IMG/VR virus record: IMGVR_UViG_3300045988_177667
Coordinates: 1 to 42,798 of that record
Reading direction: 5' to 3' (one strand)
Source of the DNA: a virus
Length of the DNA: 42,798 nucleotides
The translations under genes and the position numbers were made by a program. Every line of letters begins with the position of its first letter. The stretch's first letter is position 1. The notes beneath the pieces were generated by a model. It saw nothing but the letters and a program-made list of their open reading frames with translations. It did no database searches and was not told where the DNA came from. Shown here piece by piece: positions 1-8,457 of the stretch.

Positions 1-55
1 TCACATTCGCACTCGCCACCCTCCACCCCAACTACTTCGTCCTCTGGACCGCACA
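1..55. repeat. 55-bp terminal overlap of the window, identical to 42744..42798 (circular-assembly closure)
   Basis: Bases 1-55 (tcacattcgcactcgccaccctcc...ggaccgcaca) recur exactly as the last 55 bases. The overlap lies inside the terL reading frame, which is continuous across it. Confidence 0.95.
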
Positions 56-1250
56 CCGCACACGCACCGCAGACGAAACATTCAACGACATGAAAGGAAT
101 GGCACAAATACCCGACATCGCCCCGTATGTGAATAAAATACGGCAAGCAAACGGACAGCAAGCCATCCTCTTCAACAACGGGTCACGAATCCTGTTCGGA
201 GCCCGCGAAGGAGGATTCGGACGCGGATTCCACGGCGTAGACATGATCCTCTTCGACGAAGCCCAAATCCTCGGCGCAGCCGCACTAGACGACATGATCC
301 CCGCCACAAACACCGCCCCGGATCCGCTCATCATCAAAATTGGGACACCGCCAAAACCAAAAGACCCATCCGAAGCGTTCAGCGAATTCCGCAACCTCGC
401 CCTGCAAGGCGAAATAAAAGACGGCCTCTACCTCGAACTAGCCGCCGACTACGACGCTAACAGCGACGACAGGAAACAATGGGAAAAAGCCAACCCATCA
501 TACCCGCGCCGCACCCCCGAGTCCGCCATTCTAAGAATGCGCCGACAGCTCGGGGAAGAATCATTCCGACGCGAAGGCCTCGGAATATGGGACCGCGCCA
601 ACGACAGACTCGCAATCGACCCTGTCGCCTGGAACACCGCCACAATACGGCCAGAAAACACACCACACGGCATGCGATGGTGCGCCGCGATCAGGTTCGC
701 ACCCGACGGATCAACATGCGCCCTAGCCAGGGCAGGACACAAAGCCAACACGCCCACACACGTCGAACTGTGCACACACCAAGGCGTCCGCCGTATGAGC
801 GAGGGCACGCAATGGATAATCGACTACATTGCGGACACCAAAGACAGGTGGGCGCAAATCATCGTAGACGGAAAATACGGCGCCGGCGACACAATCGAAA
901 GACTCCGTTCGATCGGAGTACGCCCACAAGTCATCATCACCCCCACAATCACGCAAATAATAGACGCCTACAGCATGCTAGACGCCTCACTACGCGAAAA
1001 CACAATCACACACCTAGACGACATGCAACTGAGGACCGAGGCCGCTTCTGCTACTCCACGCCCAATCGGAACATCCGGAGGGTGGGCGTTACAGGCCCCG
1101 CCCGGCGCCACCGTAGCCGGCCTAGAAGCCTGCACGCTCGCAATGTGGGCGGCACGCACAACAAAAAGACGGCCCCGTTACAAGCCTTATGATAAAATCG
1201 AGAACGCCAATAGTAGAAATGATCGTGGCGGCGGAGTATTGTTCCTATGA
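3..1250 (+). CDS. terL: Terminase large subunit, C-terminal continuation of the ORF that starts at 42500
   Basis: The frame of ORF 90..1250 is open back to base 3 and joins in-frame with 42500..42798 through the overlap, for a total of 497 aa. It has a Walker B-like ILFDEAQ and sits directly upstream of the portal with an ATGA overlap. Confidence 0.85.
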   Translation, partial: TFALATLHPNYFVLWTAHRTRTADETFNDMKGMAQIPDIAPYVNKIRQANGQQAILFNNGSRILFGAREGGFGRGFHGVDMILFDEAQILGAAALDDMIPATNTAPDPLIIKIGTPPKPKDPSEAFSEFRNLALQGEIKDGLYLELAADYDANSDDRKQWEKANPSYPRRTPESAILRMRRQLGEESFRREGLGIWDRANDRLAIDPVAWNTATIRPENTPHGMRWCAAIRFAPDGSTCALARAGHKANTPTHVELCTHQGVRRMSEGTQWIIDYIADTKDRWAQIIVDGKYGAGDTIERLRSIGVRPQVIITPTITQIIDAYSMLDASLRENTITHLDDMQLRTEAASATPRPIGTSGGWALQAPPGATVAGLEACTLAMWAARTTKRRPRYKPYDKIENANSRNDRGGGVLFL

Positions 1251-2869
1251 CTGAAATTTATCCTGATGATGGGCGATTCGTTAATGCTACGCCGGCACCG
1301 ACCCGCATTTCCGGACTTCCCGACGACGACCGGGTAACATTTCTGCAACTGTGGCAGAAATGGCAGCAGCATTCGAACAAAAACAAGCTGCTTTCCGTCT
1401 ACTATGACGGCCACCGCGCTTTCCAGGACCTTGGTATCAGTATTCCGCCGCAAATGACGCGCACCAAGGCCGCGTTGGGGTGGCCTCAGAAAGTCGTCAC
1501 CATGCTCGCCAGGAGGCACGTATTCGAGGGCTACTCCCTGAACGGGGCGCCCGACGCTTTCGAAGCAAACGAAATACTCTCCGCGAATAACTATGATCTT
1601 GATCTCGCCCAGGCGATAACGTCCGCGTACAAGCATTCCTTTTCGTTGCTCACAGTGACGCGGGGGGATGAGACCATTGGTGAGCCGCCTGTCGTGGTGC
1701 AGGCCCGTGATGCGGAATGGTCCGCCGCACTATGGGACACTAGACGTCGCATAATCGAAGCCGCCCTCACAATCGATCAGACTGACAAGTACGGTCAGCC
1801 GGCCGGCGCCATCATGCACACACCCACCGCCATTTGGCGAATCGACGCCAAAGAGAACGGCGGCGGCTGGAAAGCAGAGAAGCTCGGAGACACGCCCAAC
1901 CGTATTTTCGTTGAAGCACTCTGCTACGACCCGCAGCTGAACCGGCCGTTGGGGCATTCACGAATCACCCGTGAAGTAAGATATCTCACGGACGCGGCGG
2001 TGAGGACACTGGTCCGCGCAGAAACGTCCGCCGAATTTTTCTCCTCCCCGCAGCGGTACGTGCTCGGTGCGGAAAGAGCAGATTTTGCCGGCCAAGACAG
2101 GTGGTCCGCAATCATGGCACGCGTACAGGTTTTGGAGCCGAATGAGAACGGAGACATTCCCAGCGTTGGGCAATTCTCACAAATGACTATGAGCCCTCAC
2201 CTGGAAATGTACCGTCAGCTGGCGCAAAATTTGTGTGCAGCCACAAACCTCCCTCAATCCGCTATCGGGGTATTCGCGGAGAACCCCGCCTCGGCTGAGG
2301 CGATGCAGGCGGCCGAGGCGGGGCTCGCGGACGAGGCCGAGTATCAGTGGCGCATTTTCACTGCCCCGTTGCGGCGCACACTGCAGAACATCGTTATGGT
2401 TCGGGATAAGCTCGACGAGCCGCCGCAGGAGTCGTGGAAGACCTCAGTGAAGTGGACCCCCGCCCGCTATTCCTCGCCGTCGTCTGCCGCCGATTTCGCA
2501 GTCAAAATGGTCAGTGCTTTCCCGTCATTGCAGGAGTCTCAGACTCTCATGCGGCGTGCTGGACTCACCGAGGACGATCTCGCAGATATCAACGCCGAAA
2601 ATCGTAAAAAGAATGCGATGTCTCTGCTTGATCGTGCTCTCGCCGCCACGAACAACGGGAATACCGTGGATGAGAACGGCGAGAACACCGAAAACAGTGA
2701 CGCGGCCAACAATGATGGCGACGATGGTGCAGACAACGCCGTCAACAATGTCAGCAATAACGGCAACGGTAGCGGCAATAACCTGAACCTTAATAACGCA
2801 CCCAATACAAAAAACAGGGTTAAGCGCAACATTAAACTCCCCGGCGGCACCAAAACACCAATAAACTAA
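1247..2869 (+). CDS. Portal protein (called by position and size), with an Asn/Gly/Asp-rich low-complexity C-terminal tail
   Basis: A 540-aa ORF whose start overlaps the terL stop (ATGA). Its size and its position between terL and the head morphogenesis gene are typical of portals. Confidence 0.7.
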   Translation: MTEIYPDDGRFVNATPAPTRISGLPDDDRVTFLQLWQKWQQHSNKNKLLSVYYDGHRAFQDLGISIPPQMTRTKAALGWPQKVVTMLARRHVFEGYSLNGAPDAFEANEILSANNYDLDLAQAITSAYKHSFSLLTVTRGDETIGEPPVVVQARDAEWSAALWDTRRRIIEAALTIDQTDKYGQPAGAIMHTPTAIWRIDAKENGGGWKAEKLGDTPNRIFVEALCYDPQLNRPLGHSRITREVRYLTDAAVRTLVRAETSAEFFSSPQRYVLGAERADFAGQDRWSAIMARVQVLEPNENGDIPSVGQFSQMTMSPHLEMYRQLAQNLCAATNLPQSAIGVFAENPASAEAMQAAEAGLADEAEYQWRIFTAPLRRTLQNIVMVRDKLDEPPQESWKTSVKWTPARYSSPSSAADFAVKMVSAFPSLQESQTLMRRAGLTEDDLADINAENRKKNAMSLLDRALAATNNGNTVDENGENTENSDAANNDGDDGADNAVNNVSNNGNGSGNNLNLNNAPNTKNRVKRNIKLPGGTKTPIN

Positions 2870-2876
2870 CACCATT

Positions 2877-3602
2877 ATGCTGTCAACCGCAGAAATCGGG
2901 GCATACGGGCGAGCAATAGACTCACTCGTCACGCTCGCCCAAAATGACTTACACACACTCTGGGCGCACGCCGCTAGACAGCGCCCCGAGCAAGCGCGCG
3001 ACCTTCTACTCGAACTCATGCCTGCCCTCGTAGACCAATACGGTAGTGCGGCCGCCGCAATCGCCGACGAATGGTACCGAGACATGCGACTAGACCAGGA
3101 TGTCCCCGGTGACGCCCCCACGGTACAAACGTCACTCACCCCACAGGGCGAAATTGACGACAGTGTCAGATTCAGTGCGGGCGCACTATACGCCGGAACC
3201 CCTGACATCGCCCTATCCTATCTGACCGGGGCGCTCATCCGATACGTCAGCGACGGAGCCCGCTCACAAATCGCAGACATGACATGGTCCGACCCGGAAG
3301 CCATGGGCTGGGAAAGACGAACACGCAACCCACAAGCATGCAATTTCTGCGTCATGCTCACAATGAACGAATGCTACTACCGCAGCCAGGGGACGGCATC
3401 GTTCGGGGCGCACGACAATTGCAAATGTGTCGCCGTCCCAGCATGGGACCCAACCTCACGCGAAGTTCCCGCGAAAGCATACACGCTCGCAGCCAGACAC
3501 AAAACTGAAAAAGGTCGCAAACGCCATCGTGAACTCGTCTCATCGTGGATAGACACACACCAGGAAGAGCTCACAGAATGGCGCACCCGGCCAATTGAAT
3601 GA
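2877..3602 (+). CDS. MuF/SPP1 gp7-like head morphogenesis (minor capsid) protein, putative
   Basis: A 241-aa ORF immediately after the portal. It has a C-terminal Cys cluster (CNFC...CKC). The call rests mainly on position. Confidence 0.5.
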   Translation: MLSTAEIGAYGRAIDSLVTLAQNDLHTLWAHAARQRPEQARDLLLELMPALVDQYGSAAAAIADEWYRDMRLDQDVPGDAPTVQTSLTPQGEIDDSVRFSAGALYAGTPDIALSYLTGALIRYVSDGARSQIADMTWSDPEAMGWERRTRNPQACNFCVMLTMNECYYRSQGTASFGAHDNCKCVAVPAWDPTSREVPAKAYTLAARHKTEKGRKRHRELVSSWIDTHQEELTEWRTRPIE

Positions 3603-3605
3603 TTG

Positions 3606-3614
3606 TGCTACAAT
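3606..3614 (+). promoter_or_regulatory. Candidate extended -10 promoter element (TGcTACAAT) upstream of the scaffold and capsid genes
   Basis: The sequence tgtgctacaat lies in the 110-bp gap between the MuF-like gene and the scaffold gene. No clear -35 element was seen. Confidence 0.3.
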
Positions 3615-3712
3615 GCATAAACAAGGGGCCACTGAAGGACGGCTGCAAAGCCCAAAAGTAGTTGCCTGAAAACATCACAATAACCGCACGGTCAAAATAT
3701 AGGAAACGCCCA

Positions 3713-4195
3713 ATGAGCGACAACGCCGCAAGCGACACGCCAGCCGACAGCAGCGCCACTAACGACGACAACACCCCCAAGAATGGGGACAACGCTGCTA
3801 GTAAGCCTGAAATCGACTGGAAGAGCGAGTCCCGTAAGTGGGAGAGCCGCGCCAAGGAAAATCGGCGCGCCGCCAACGAACGGGATGAGCTTGCCAAGGC
3901 CATCGGCGACAAAGACGCCACAATCGAAGCCCTAAAGTCAAAGGTCGCTGACTTTGAAGCTGCTGCTAAGGTCCGCGAATGGTCCGCTAACGCGGCCGCA
4001 GAGCACGGTATCAGTGCCGATTTGATCCGAGGAACAACCGAGGATGAAATCAACGCTCATGCTGCCGCAATCGCCAAGGCATTGCACGACGCTAAGCCGT
4101 CCGTCGCCCCCGTGGTACCACAGGCCGGAGCCACGCCCGACAATGACGGCGGCAATCTTGCAGAATTCGCTCGGAATGTTTTCACCGGCGACTGA
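3713..4195 (+). CDS. Capsid scaffolding protein (putative)
   Basis: ATG at 3713 with an AGGAAA Shine-Dalgarno 6 nt upstream. The product is a 160-aa acidic, Ala/Lys/Glu-rich, coiled-coil-like protein directly upstream of the major capsid gene. The ORF-track start at 3662 is less likely. Confidence 0.55.
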   Translation: MSDNAASDTPADSSATNDDNTPKNGDNAASKPEIDWKSESRKWESRAKENRRAANERDELAKAIGDKDATIEALKSKVADFEAAAKVREWSANAAAEHGISADLIRGTTEDEINAHAAAIAKALHDAKPSVAPVVPQAGATPDNDGGNLAEFARNVFTGD

Positions 4196-4254
4196 TACAA
4201 GTACAGCCGCTATTCTAAAAGTAAAACACTAGAAAGAAACGGAAACCAACTAAA

Positions 4255-5187
4255 ATGGCCGTGTTTGATTCAGGCAAGGCGAAGGTCCTCATGCCTCGGC
4301 AGATCGCCGACGGGATCATCACTCGCACCCAGACTCTCTCCACCGTCGCCAAGCTCAACGGTGGAATCCCCATGACCTTCGGCGACGTGGACATTATCAC
4401 TTTCGATAATTTCCCGCGCGCTGAGTTCGTTGACGAGGGCGCTGAGAAGGCACCCACCTACGGTGAATTCGGTTACGTAACCGCTAAGCCGCATAAGGCT
4501 CAGGTCACTATGCGTTTCAGCGAGGAGGTTCAGTGGGCCGATGAGGACTATCAGCTGGACGTCCTCAACCGGCTCGCACAGAAGGGTAGTGAGGCGCTTT
4601 CCCGCGCCCTCGACCTCGGCCTTTACCACCGTGTTAACCCGCTGACCGGCGCCGTTATCGACGCGTGGACCAACTACCTTACCTCCACCACCAAGAGCGT
4701 CGAGATCGGCACTACGGAGATGGACCAGGCGATCCGTCAGGCCGCCGGTCTGCTCATTAACGACAATGCCGCGCCGATTACCCCCACTGGTCTCGCCCTG
4801 GCCCCGTCCGCCGTTTGGGCGCTCGGTAGCCTCCAGACCAAGAATGCTGACGGTTCCCCGTCGGGCACGCCGCGTTACCCGCAGATCGGCCTCGGCGTTG
4901 ACATTGACAATTTTATGGGCCTCCAGGCCGCCGCTGGAAACACCGTTGCCGGCAAGCCCGAGGCGACCGCCGCCACCAATGTCGAGGGCATTGTCGGTGA
5001 CTTCGTGGATGGTATTCGGTGGGGAATTCAGCGGTCCCTGCCGCTCGAGATTATCCGTTTCGGTGACCCGGACGGTCAGGGCGACCTGAAGCGACGGAAC
5101 CAGATTGCTCTGCGTCTCGAGATTCTGTACGCTTGGTATGTTTTCCCGGATAAGTTCGCGACGATTAAGACCAAGGCTGGCGCCTGA
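4255..5187 (+). CDS. Major capsid protein (putative HK97-fold)
   Basis: A 310-aa ORF following the scaffold gene. Its position and size are typical. Codon usage clearly favours this frame over the 344-aa antisense ORF. Confidence 0.7.
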   Translation: MAVFDSGKAKVLMPRQIADGIITRTQTLSTVAKLNGGIPMTFGDVDIITFDNFPRAEFVDEGAEKAPTYGEFGYVTAKPHKAQVTMRFSEEVQWADEDYQLDVLNRLAQKGSEALSRALDLGLYHRVNPLTGAVIDAWTNYLTSTTKSVEIGTTEMDQAIRQAAGLLINDNAAPITPTGLALAPSAVWALGSLQTKNADGSPSGTPRYPQIGLGVDIDNFMGLQAAAGNTVAGKPEATAATNVEGIVGDFVDGIRWGIQRSLPLEIIRFGDPDGQGDLKRRNQIALRLEILYAWYVFPDKFATIKTKAGA

Positions 5188-5255
5188 TAAAATCGCCGTA
5201 AAGAAACAAAACACAACCCATCCAAACAAAATTTTTCTTAGAGGCGATTTCGGAA

Positions 5256-5465
5256 ATGCGATATTACAAGCACCGAGACCACGACATTGTGATTCATCTC
5301 GCAAACGACCATAATGTGGCGCTTGGAGACGAATACACTGAAATCGATCCTGAGAATGATGACACTGGCGGGGCAGATGAGCCCACCTCCCCCTCCCCTC
5401 GTACTGCCCCGCCAGTACCCGCCTCTCGTCGAGGACGAGGCCGCCCTAGAAAGACGGCAAAGTGA
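5256..5465 (+). CDS. Small head-module protein with a C-terminal AT-hook-like motif (RRGRGRPRKT)
   Basis: A 69-aa ORF between the capsid and connector genes. Its stop overlaps the next start (GTGA). The N-terminus is acidic and the tail is basic with a GRP core. Confidence 0.45.
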   Translation: MRYYKHRDHDIVIHLANDHNVALGDEYTEIDPENDDTGGADEPTSPSPRTAPPVPASRRGRGRPRKTAK

Positions 5466-5947
5466 TCCCTGACGACATTATCCCGTTCGCCACGGTCGAA
5501 GACCTAGAAGCGCGGTGGCGGGCACTCTCCGACAACGAGCGTATTCGCGCCGACGTACTCCTCGCCGACGCAACCGATCTCATCGTGTCGAAATGCCCCC
5601 GCTGGGAATCCGCTACCCCTCGCACTCGAAAGCGAGTAGCATGTGCTGTAGTGCGACGTGCAATGCAGGGCGGGGATGTTATCGGCGGCGTCACAGACAG
5701 CGGAGGCGGAATCTACTCCGAGCCGCACGGGATTATAGCCTCAGAATCGCACACAACTGGACCATTCTCTGACCAATTTACGTATCAGAATCCCGAGGGC
5801 GGTCTCTACCTGAAACGCGAGGAAAAAGACGCCCTCGGAGGCTCCGGTGGTGCGTTCGAGGTAGACCTCCTGCAAGATTATGATGCGCGATCCGTCACCG
5901 ATCAACTGATCGAAGACATTAACGCGATCAGCGGGCAGGAACCGTAA
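5462..5947 (+). CDS. Head-tail connector/adaptor protein (putative)
   Basis: A 161-aa ORF with a GTG start overlapping the upstream stop. It occupies the first position of the head-tail joining block. Confidence 0.5.
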   Translation: MIPDDIIPFATVEDLEARWRALSDNERIRADVLLADATDLIVSKCPRWESATPRTRKRVACAVVRRAMQGGDVIGGVTDSGGGIYSEPHGIIASESHTTGPFSDQFTYQNPEGGLYLKREEKDALGGSGGAFEVDLLQDYDARSVTDQLIEDINAISGQEP

Positions 5948-6276
5948 TGCTATCCGGATACGTTCCCGTCACGCGACGCAGAAGAGGCCCGGCATCGAAA
6001 GACCAGTACGGTAATCCCGTGCCGGGGCAGTGGGAGAACGTTGCCCTGCCTCCTGCTGTGTTTGCGCCGGCCACGTCCACTGAGCCGATCAGTGCTGGGG
6101 CAATGCCCGTCACCGTGCCCGCCGCCCTTTACTGGCGGAATACCACAATCGACGTGACTTCAGAAGATCATCTCATTGTAGACGGCATAGAATACCGTGT
6201 CGAAGGCCGCCCCTCGCCTTACCCTAAGGGGATGGTTGTGCAGATTCGCGCCAACGAAGACAAGGTGAGCGAATAA
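5947..6276 (+). CDS. Head closure / head-tail joining protein (putative)
   Basis: A 109-aa ORF with a TAATG overlap with the upstream gene. The call is positional. Confidence 0.45.
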   Translation: MLSGYVPVTRRRRGPASKDQYGNPVPGQWENVALPPAVFAPATSTEPISAGAMPVTVPAALYWRNTTIDVTSEDHLIVDGIEYRVEGRPSPYPKGMVVQIRANEDKVSE

Positions 6277-6533
6277 TGCCGAAAGTAAAATTCCAGCTCA
6301 ACCGTGACGGTGTCGCCGATCTTCTGCGCGGCCCTGACGTAGCCCGGACGATTGCACTTGAGACGGGGCGCGTAGCCAACGCCGCCGGCCGCGGGTTCGA
6401 GGGTGAAACGACGCACGGAAATCGTACCCGCGGATACGTCAGAGCGCGCACTATTGCTGCAATGCGCAGACAGATGAGGGAGCATACGCTGGAGCGTGCG
6501 ATCGGCTTCGCAATGGGTGGCGGCGGGAAATGA
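6276..6533 (+). CDS. Neck/tail-completion block protein (putative)
   Basis: An 85-aa ORF, translationally coupled on both sides. Confidence 0.4.
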   Translation: MPKVKFQLNRDGVADLLRGPDVARTIALETGRVANAAGRGFEGETTHGNRTRGYVRARTIAAMRRQMREHTLERAIGFAMGGGGK

Positions 6534-6919
6534 GTCCAACATATGATCGTGCCCCCGTGGTGCCGGACATAAAAAAGAGGCTCATGGACTTCCTGTCCGC
6601 ACACATGAGCGTGCCGGTAGTGGCCCGCAGACCCGAGAACCCGGATCGTCCCGCCGCGTTCATTCGAGTCCTCTCAACAGGAGGCACAGGAGTCACGAAG
6701 AAAGCACTTTGCACCGCACTGGAGACGATCGACGCTTACGCGCAGTCGTCGGGTGAGGCGATGAAAATCGCGTGCGATGCCGTGAATGTGGCGCACACTA
6801 TGCCCAACTATCGGGATGGTATAGTGATGGTACAATCATCTTATCCGATAGAAATGCCCGATCCGGACACGTCTCAGGCGAGGGCGACTGCAATATTAAC
6901 AATTACAGCACACAGGTGA
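6530..6919 (+). CDS. Tail terminator / tail completion protein (putative)
   Basis: A 129-aa ORF with an ATGA overlap, immediately upstream of the major tail gene. Confidence 0.4.
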   Translation: MSPTYDRAPVVPDIKKRLMDFLSAHMSVPVVARRPENPDRPAAFIRVLSTGGTGVTKKALCTALETIDAYAQSSGEAMKIACDAVNVAHTMPNYRDGIVMVQSSYPIEMPDPDTSQARATAILTITAHR

Positions 6920-6926
6920 ACAAATA

Positions 6927-7511
6927 ATGGCTGTTAACGCTGACAATGCACTCATTTTCTCGTCCGACAATGACGCGCTCTGGCTGGGCGACTACGTCGA
7001 GAAGTTCGGTGAGAAGGTCACGTCGCTCACTCAGGACCTTTCCGGCGTGACCGGTCTCACTAATGTTGGGTGGATTAGCGAGGACGGGTTCAAGCTCACG
7101 TCCGATGACTCTGTCACCAAGATCAAGGGGCACCAGGGTCACGGAGTTGTCAAGACTTTCCTCGACTCCTCAGAGACGACTTTCAGTGCCACTCTCCTGG
7201 AGACGATGCTCGCCCCGCTCTCCTGGTATCTTGACGCTACTAGCGAGAAGGTTGAGGATGGCGGCGCCACCAAGGGCGTGAAGATCACCGCTAAGTCGTC
7301 CCGCAAGGTCAAGCTCCTCTGCGGTGTCGCCGATTTCTTCGACGTGTCTGGCGTGGGTGCGCAGATTCGTATCGTTTTCCCGCGCCTGGAGCTCGGCGAG
7401 CGCGGCGAGATCACTTTCCAGCAGGCCGAGATCACCGGCTACGAGTACAACCTCTCCGTGCTGGGCGACTACATTATCTACTCCGACCACAAGGCCCTGC
7501 TCCCCGCCTGA
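6927..7511 (+). CDS. Major tail protein (putative)
   Basis: A 194-aa ORF preceding the chaperone pair and the tape measure. It is followed by a hairpin. Confidence 0.6.
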   Translation: MAVNADNALIFSSDNDALWLGDYVEKFGEKVTSLTQDLSGVTGLTNVGWISEDGFKLTSDDSVTKIKGHQGHGVVKTFLDSSETTFSATLLETMLAPLSWYLDATSEKVEDGGATKGVKITAKSSRKVKLLCGVADFFDVSGVGAQIRIVFPRLELGERGEITFQQAEITGYEYNLSVLGDYIIYSDHKALLPA

Positions 7512-7519
7512 CAACAATA

Positions 7520-7570
7520 CTTCCCCGCTATTCCGTGTTTCGGATGGGTTGTCGCGGGATAGCGGGGAAG
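7520..7570 (+). terminator. Hairpin after the major tail gene (12-bp stem cttccccgctat/atagcggggaag), a possible attenuator
   Basis: Perfect 12-bp inverted repeat with a 27-nt loop. There is no U-tract. Confidence 0.35.
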
Positions 7571-7627
7571 ATCCAAAACAAACACAACCCACCCACTTTA
7601 TTAAACAAATTTTGAGGACAACCCATT

Positions 7628-7954
7628 ATGTCTGACAAGACCACGAAGAGCAAGGCAAAGTCCGCTGGCGCCAAGGCGCCGGCTGACAGGCTGGCTAAGG
7701 CTGAGGCCACGCGCGACCCGATTCACGTGGACTACGAGGGTATCGAGTTTGATATTCCTCCGGAGGCGCTGGAGGACTTCCGCGCATTCGAGGCTCTCGA
7801 CGCCGGCAATCCGTTCCCGCTTTTCCGCCTTATCGTAGGCGACCACAAGGACGAGGTCTACTCTGCTCTGGAGGACGAGAACGGTCGCGTCCCGATCGAC
7901 GCGGTGACCGACTTTATGCAGTCAATCGTGTCCGAGGTGGGCGCGGGAAACTGA
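7628..7954 (+). CDS. Tail assembly chaperone (G-like, zero-frame product)
   Basis: A 108-aa acidic ORF between the major tail protein and the tape measure. It ends 1 nt after a GGGAAAC slippery heptamer. Confidence 0.7.
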   Translation: MSDKTTKSKAKSAGAKAPADRLAKAEATRDPIHVDYEGIEFDIPPEALEDFRAFEALDAGNPFPLFRLIVGDHKDEVYSALEDENGRVPIDAVTDFMQSIVSEVGAGN

Positions 7955-8349
7955 CAATTCTCTCACCACTACTCCGCGAGTATGGGTGGGAGATAGAAGC
8001 CGACCTGCAACGATACTACAACACAGATCTCCTCGATCTATATCGAGGCAGAATAACCCCAAGGCGGGTAATGGCACTCATCGGAGGACTCCCGCCAGGG
8101 TCAACATTCGATAGGGCGCGAGGCGGAGACAGATACTGGTCCGACGAAGTAGCCGCCACAATAATGTCAGCACACAACATTCAGACCACATTGCTTGCCG
8201 TCAATGGTGTCAAGAAAGATAAGTGGCCTGAGGGGCCGAAACCGCCCGCTGAAGGATACCGGGAAACCGGTAACCCCAAGGTATCAAGCAAGCACGCTAA
8301 GGCACAGAAGGCCAAGGGTGAGAAATGGCTTGCCCGATACGGCAGATGA
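7628..8349 (+). CDS. Tail assembly chaperone G-T fusion made by programmed -1 frameshift at 7945..7951
   Basis: The -1 frame is open from the slippery site to 8349. It reads GKLTILSPLLREYGWEIEADLQRYYNTDLLDLYRGRITPRRVMALIGGLPPGS, which is typical of T-parts. Confidence 0.7.
7945..7951 (+). promoter_or_regulatory. -1 ribosomal slippery heptamer G GGA AAC
   Basis: The zero-frame codons are gcG GGA AAC tga, which fits the X XXY YYZ pattern. The -1 frame continues as GGG AAA CTG. Confidence 0.7.
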
Positions 8350-8379
8350 CCCGCGTTTCTATTGGATAGTGTAAAATGG

Positions 8380-8422
8380 TTCACGCCAAGACAAACACGA
8401 AAAACGGTTTGATTGGCGTGAA
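8380..8422 (+). terminator. Hairpin (ttcacgccaa/ttggcgtgaa) followed by tcatttt in the 108-bp gap before the tape measure gene
   Basis: Perfect 10-bp inverted repeat with a 23-nt loop. A T-rich run follows. Confidence 0.3.
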
Positions 8423-8457
8423 TCATTTTCGCTACACATGATTTCGGAGAGGTATCA

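Noticed and set aside
1-55. The 55-bp terminal duplication considered as a genuine direct terminal repeat of the virion DNA.
   Set aside because: It falls inside the terL coding sequence, and the ORF is continuous across it. The length is typical of an assembler k-mer overlap of a circular path.
4270-5304. A 344-aa ORF antisense to the major capsid gene.
   Set aside because: It is entirely antisense to a well-supported structural gene. Its composition is Gly/Arg/Leu-rich, as is typical of shadow ORFs in GC-rich DNA.
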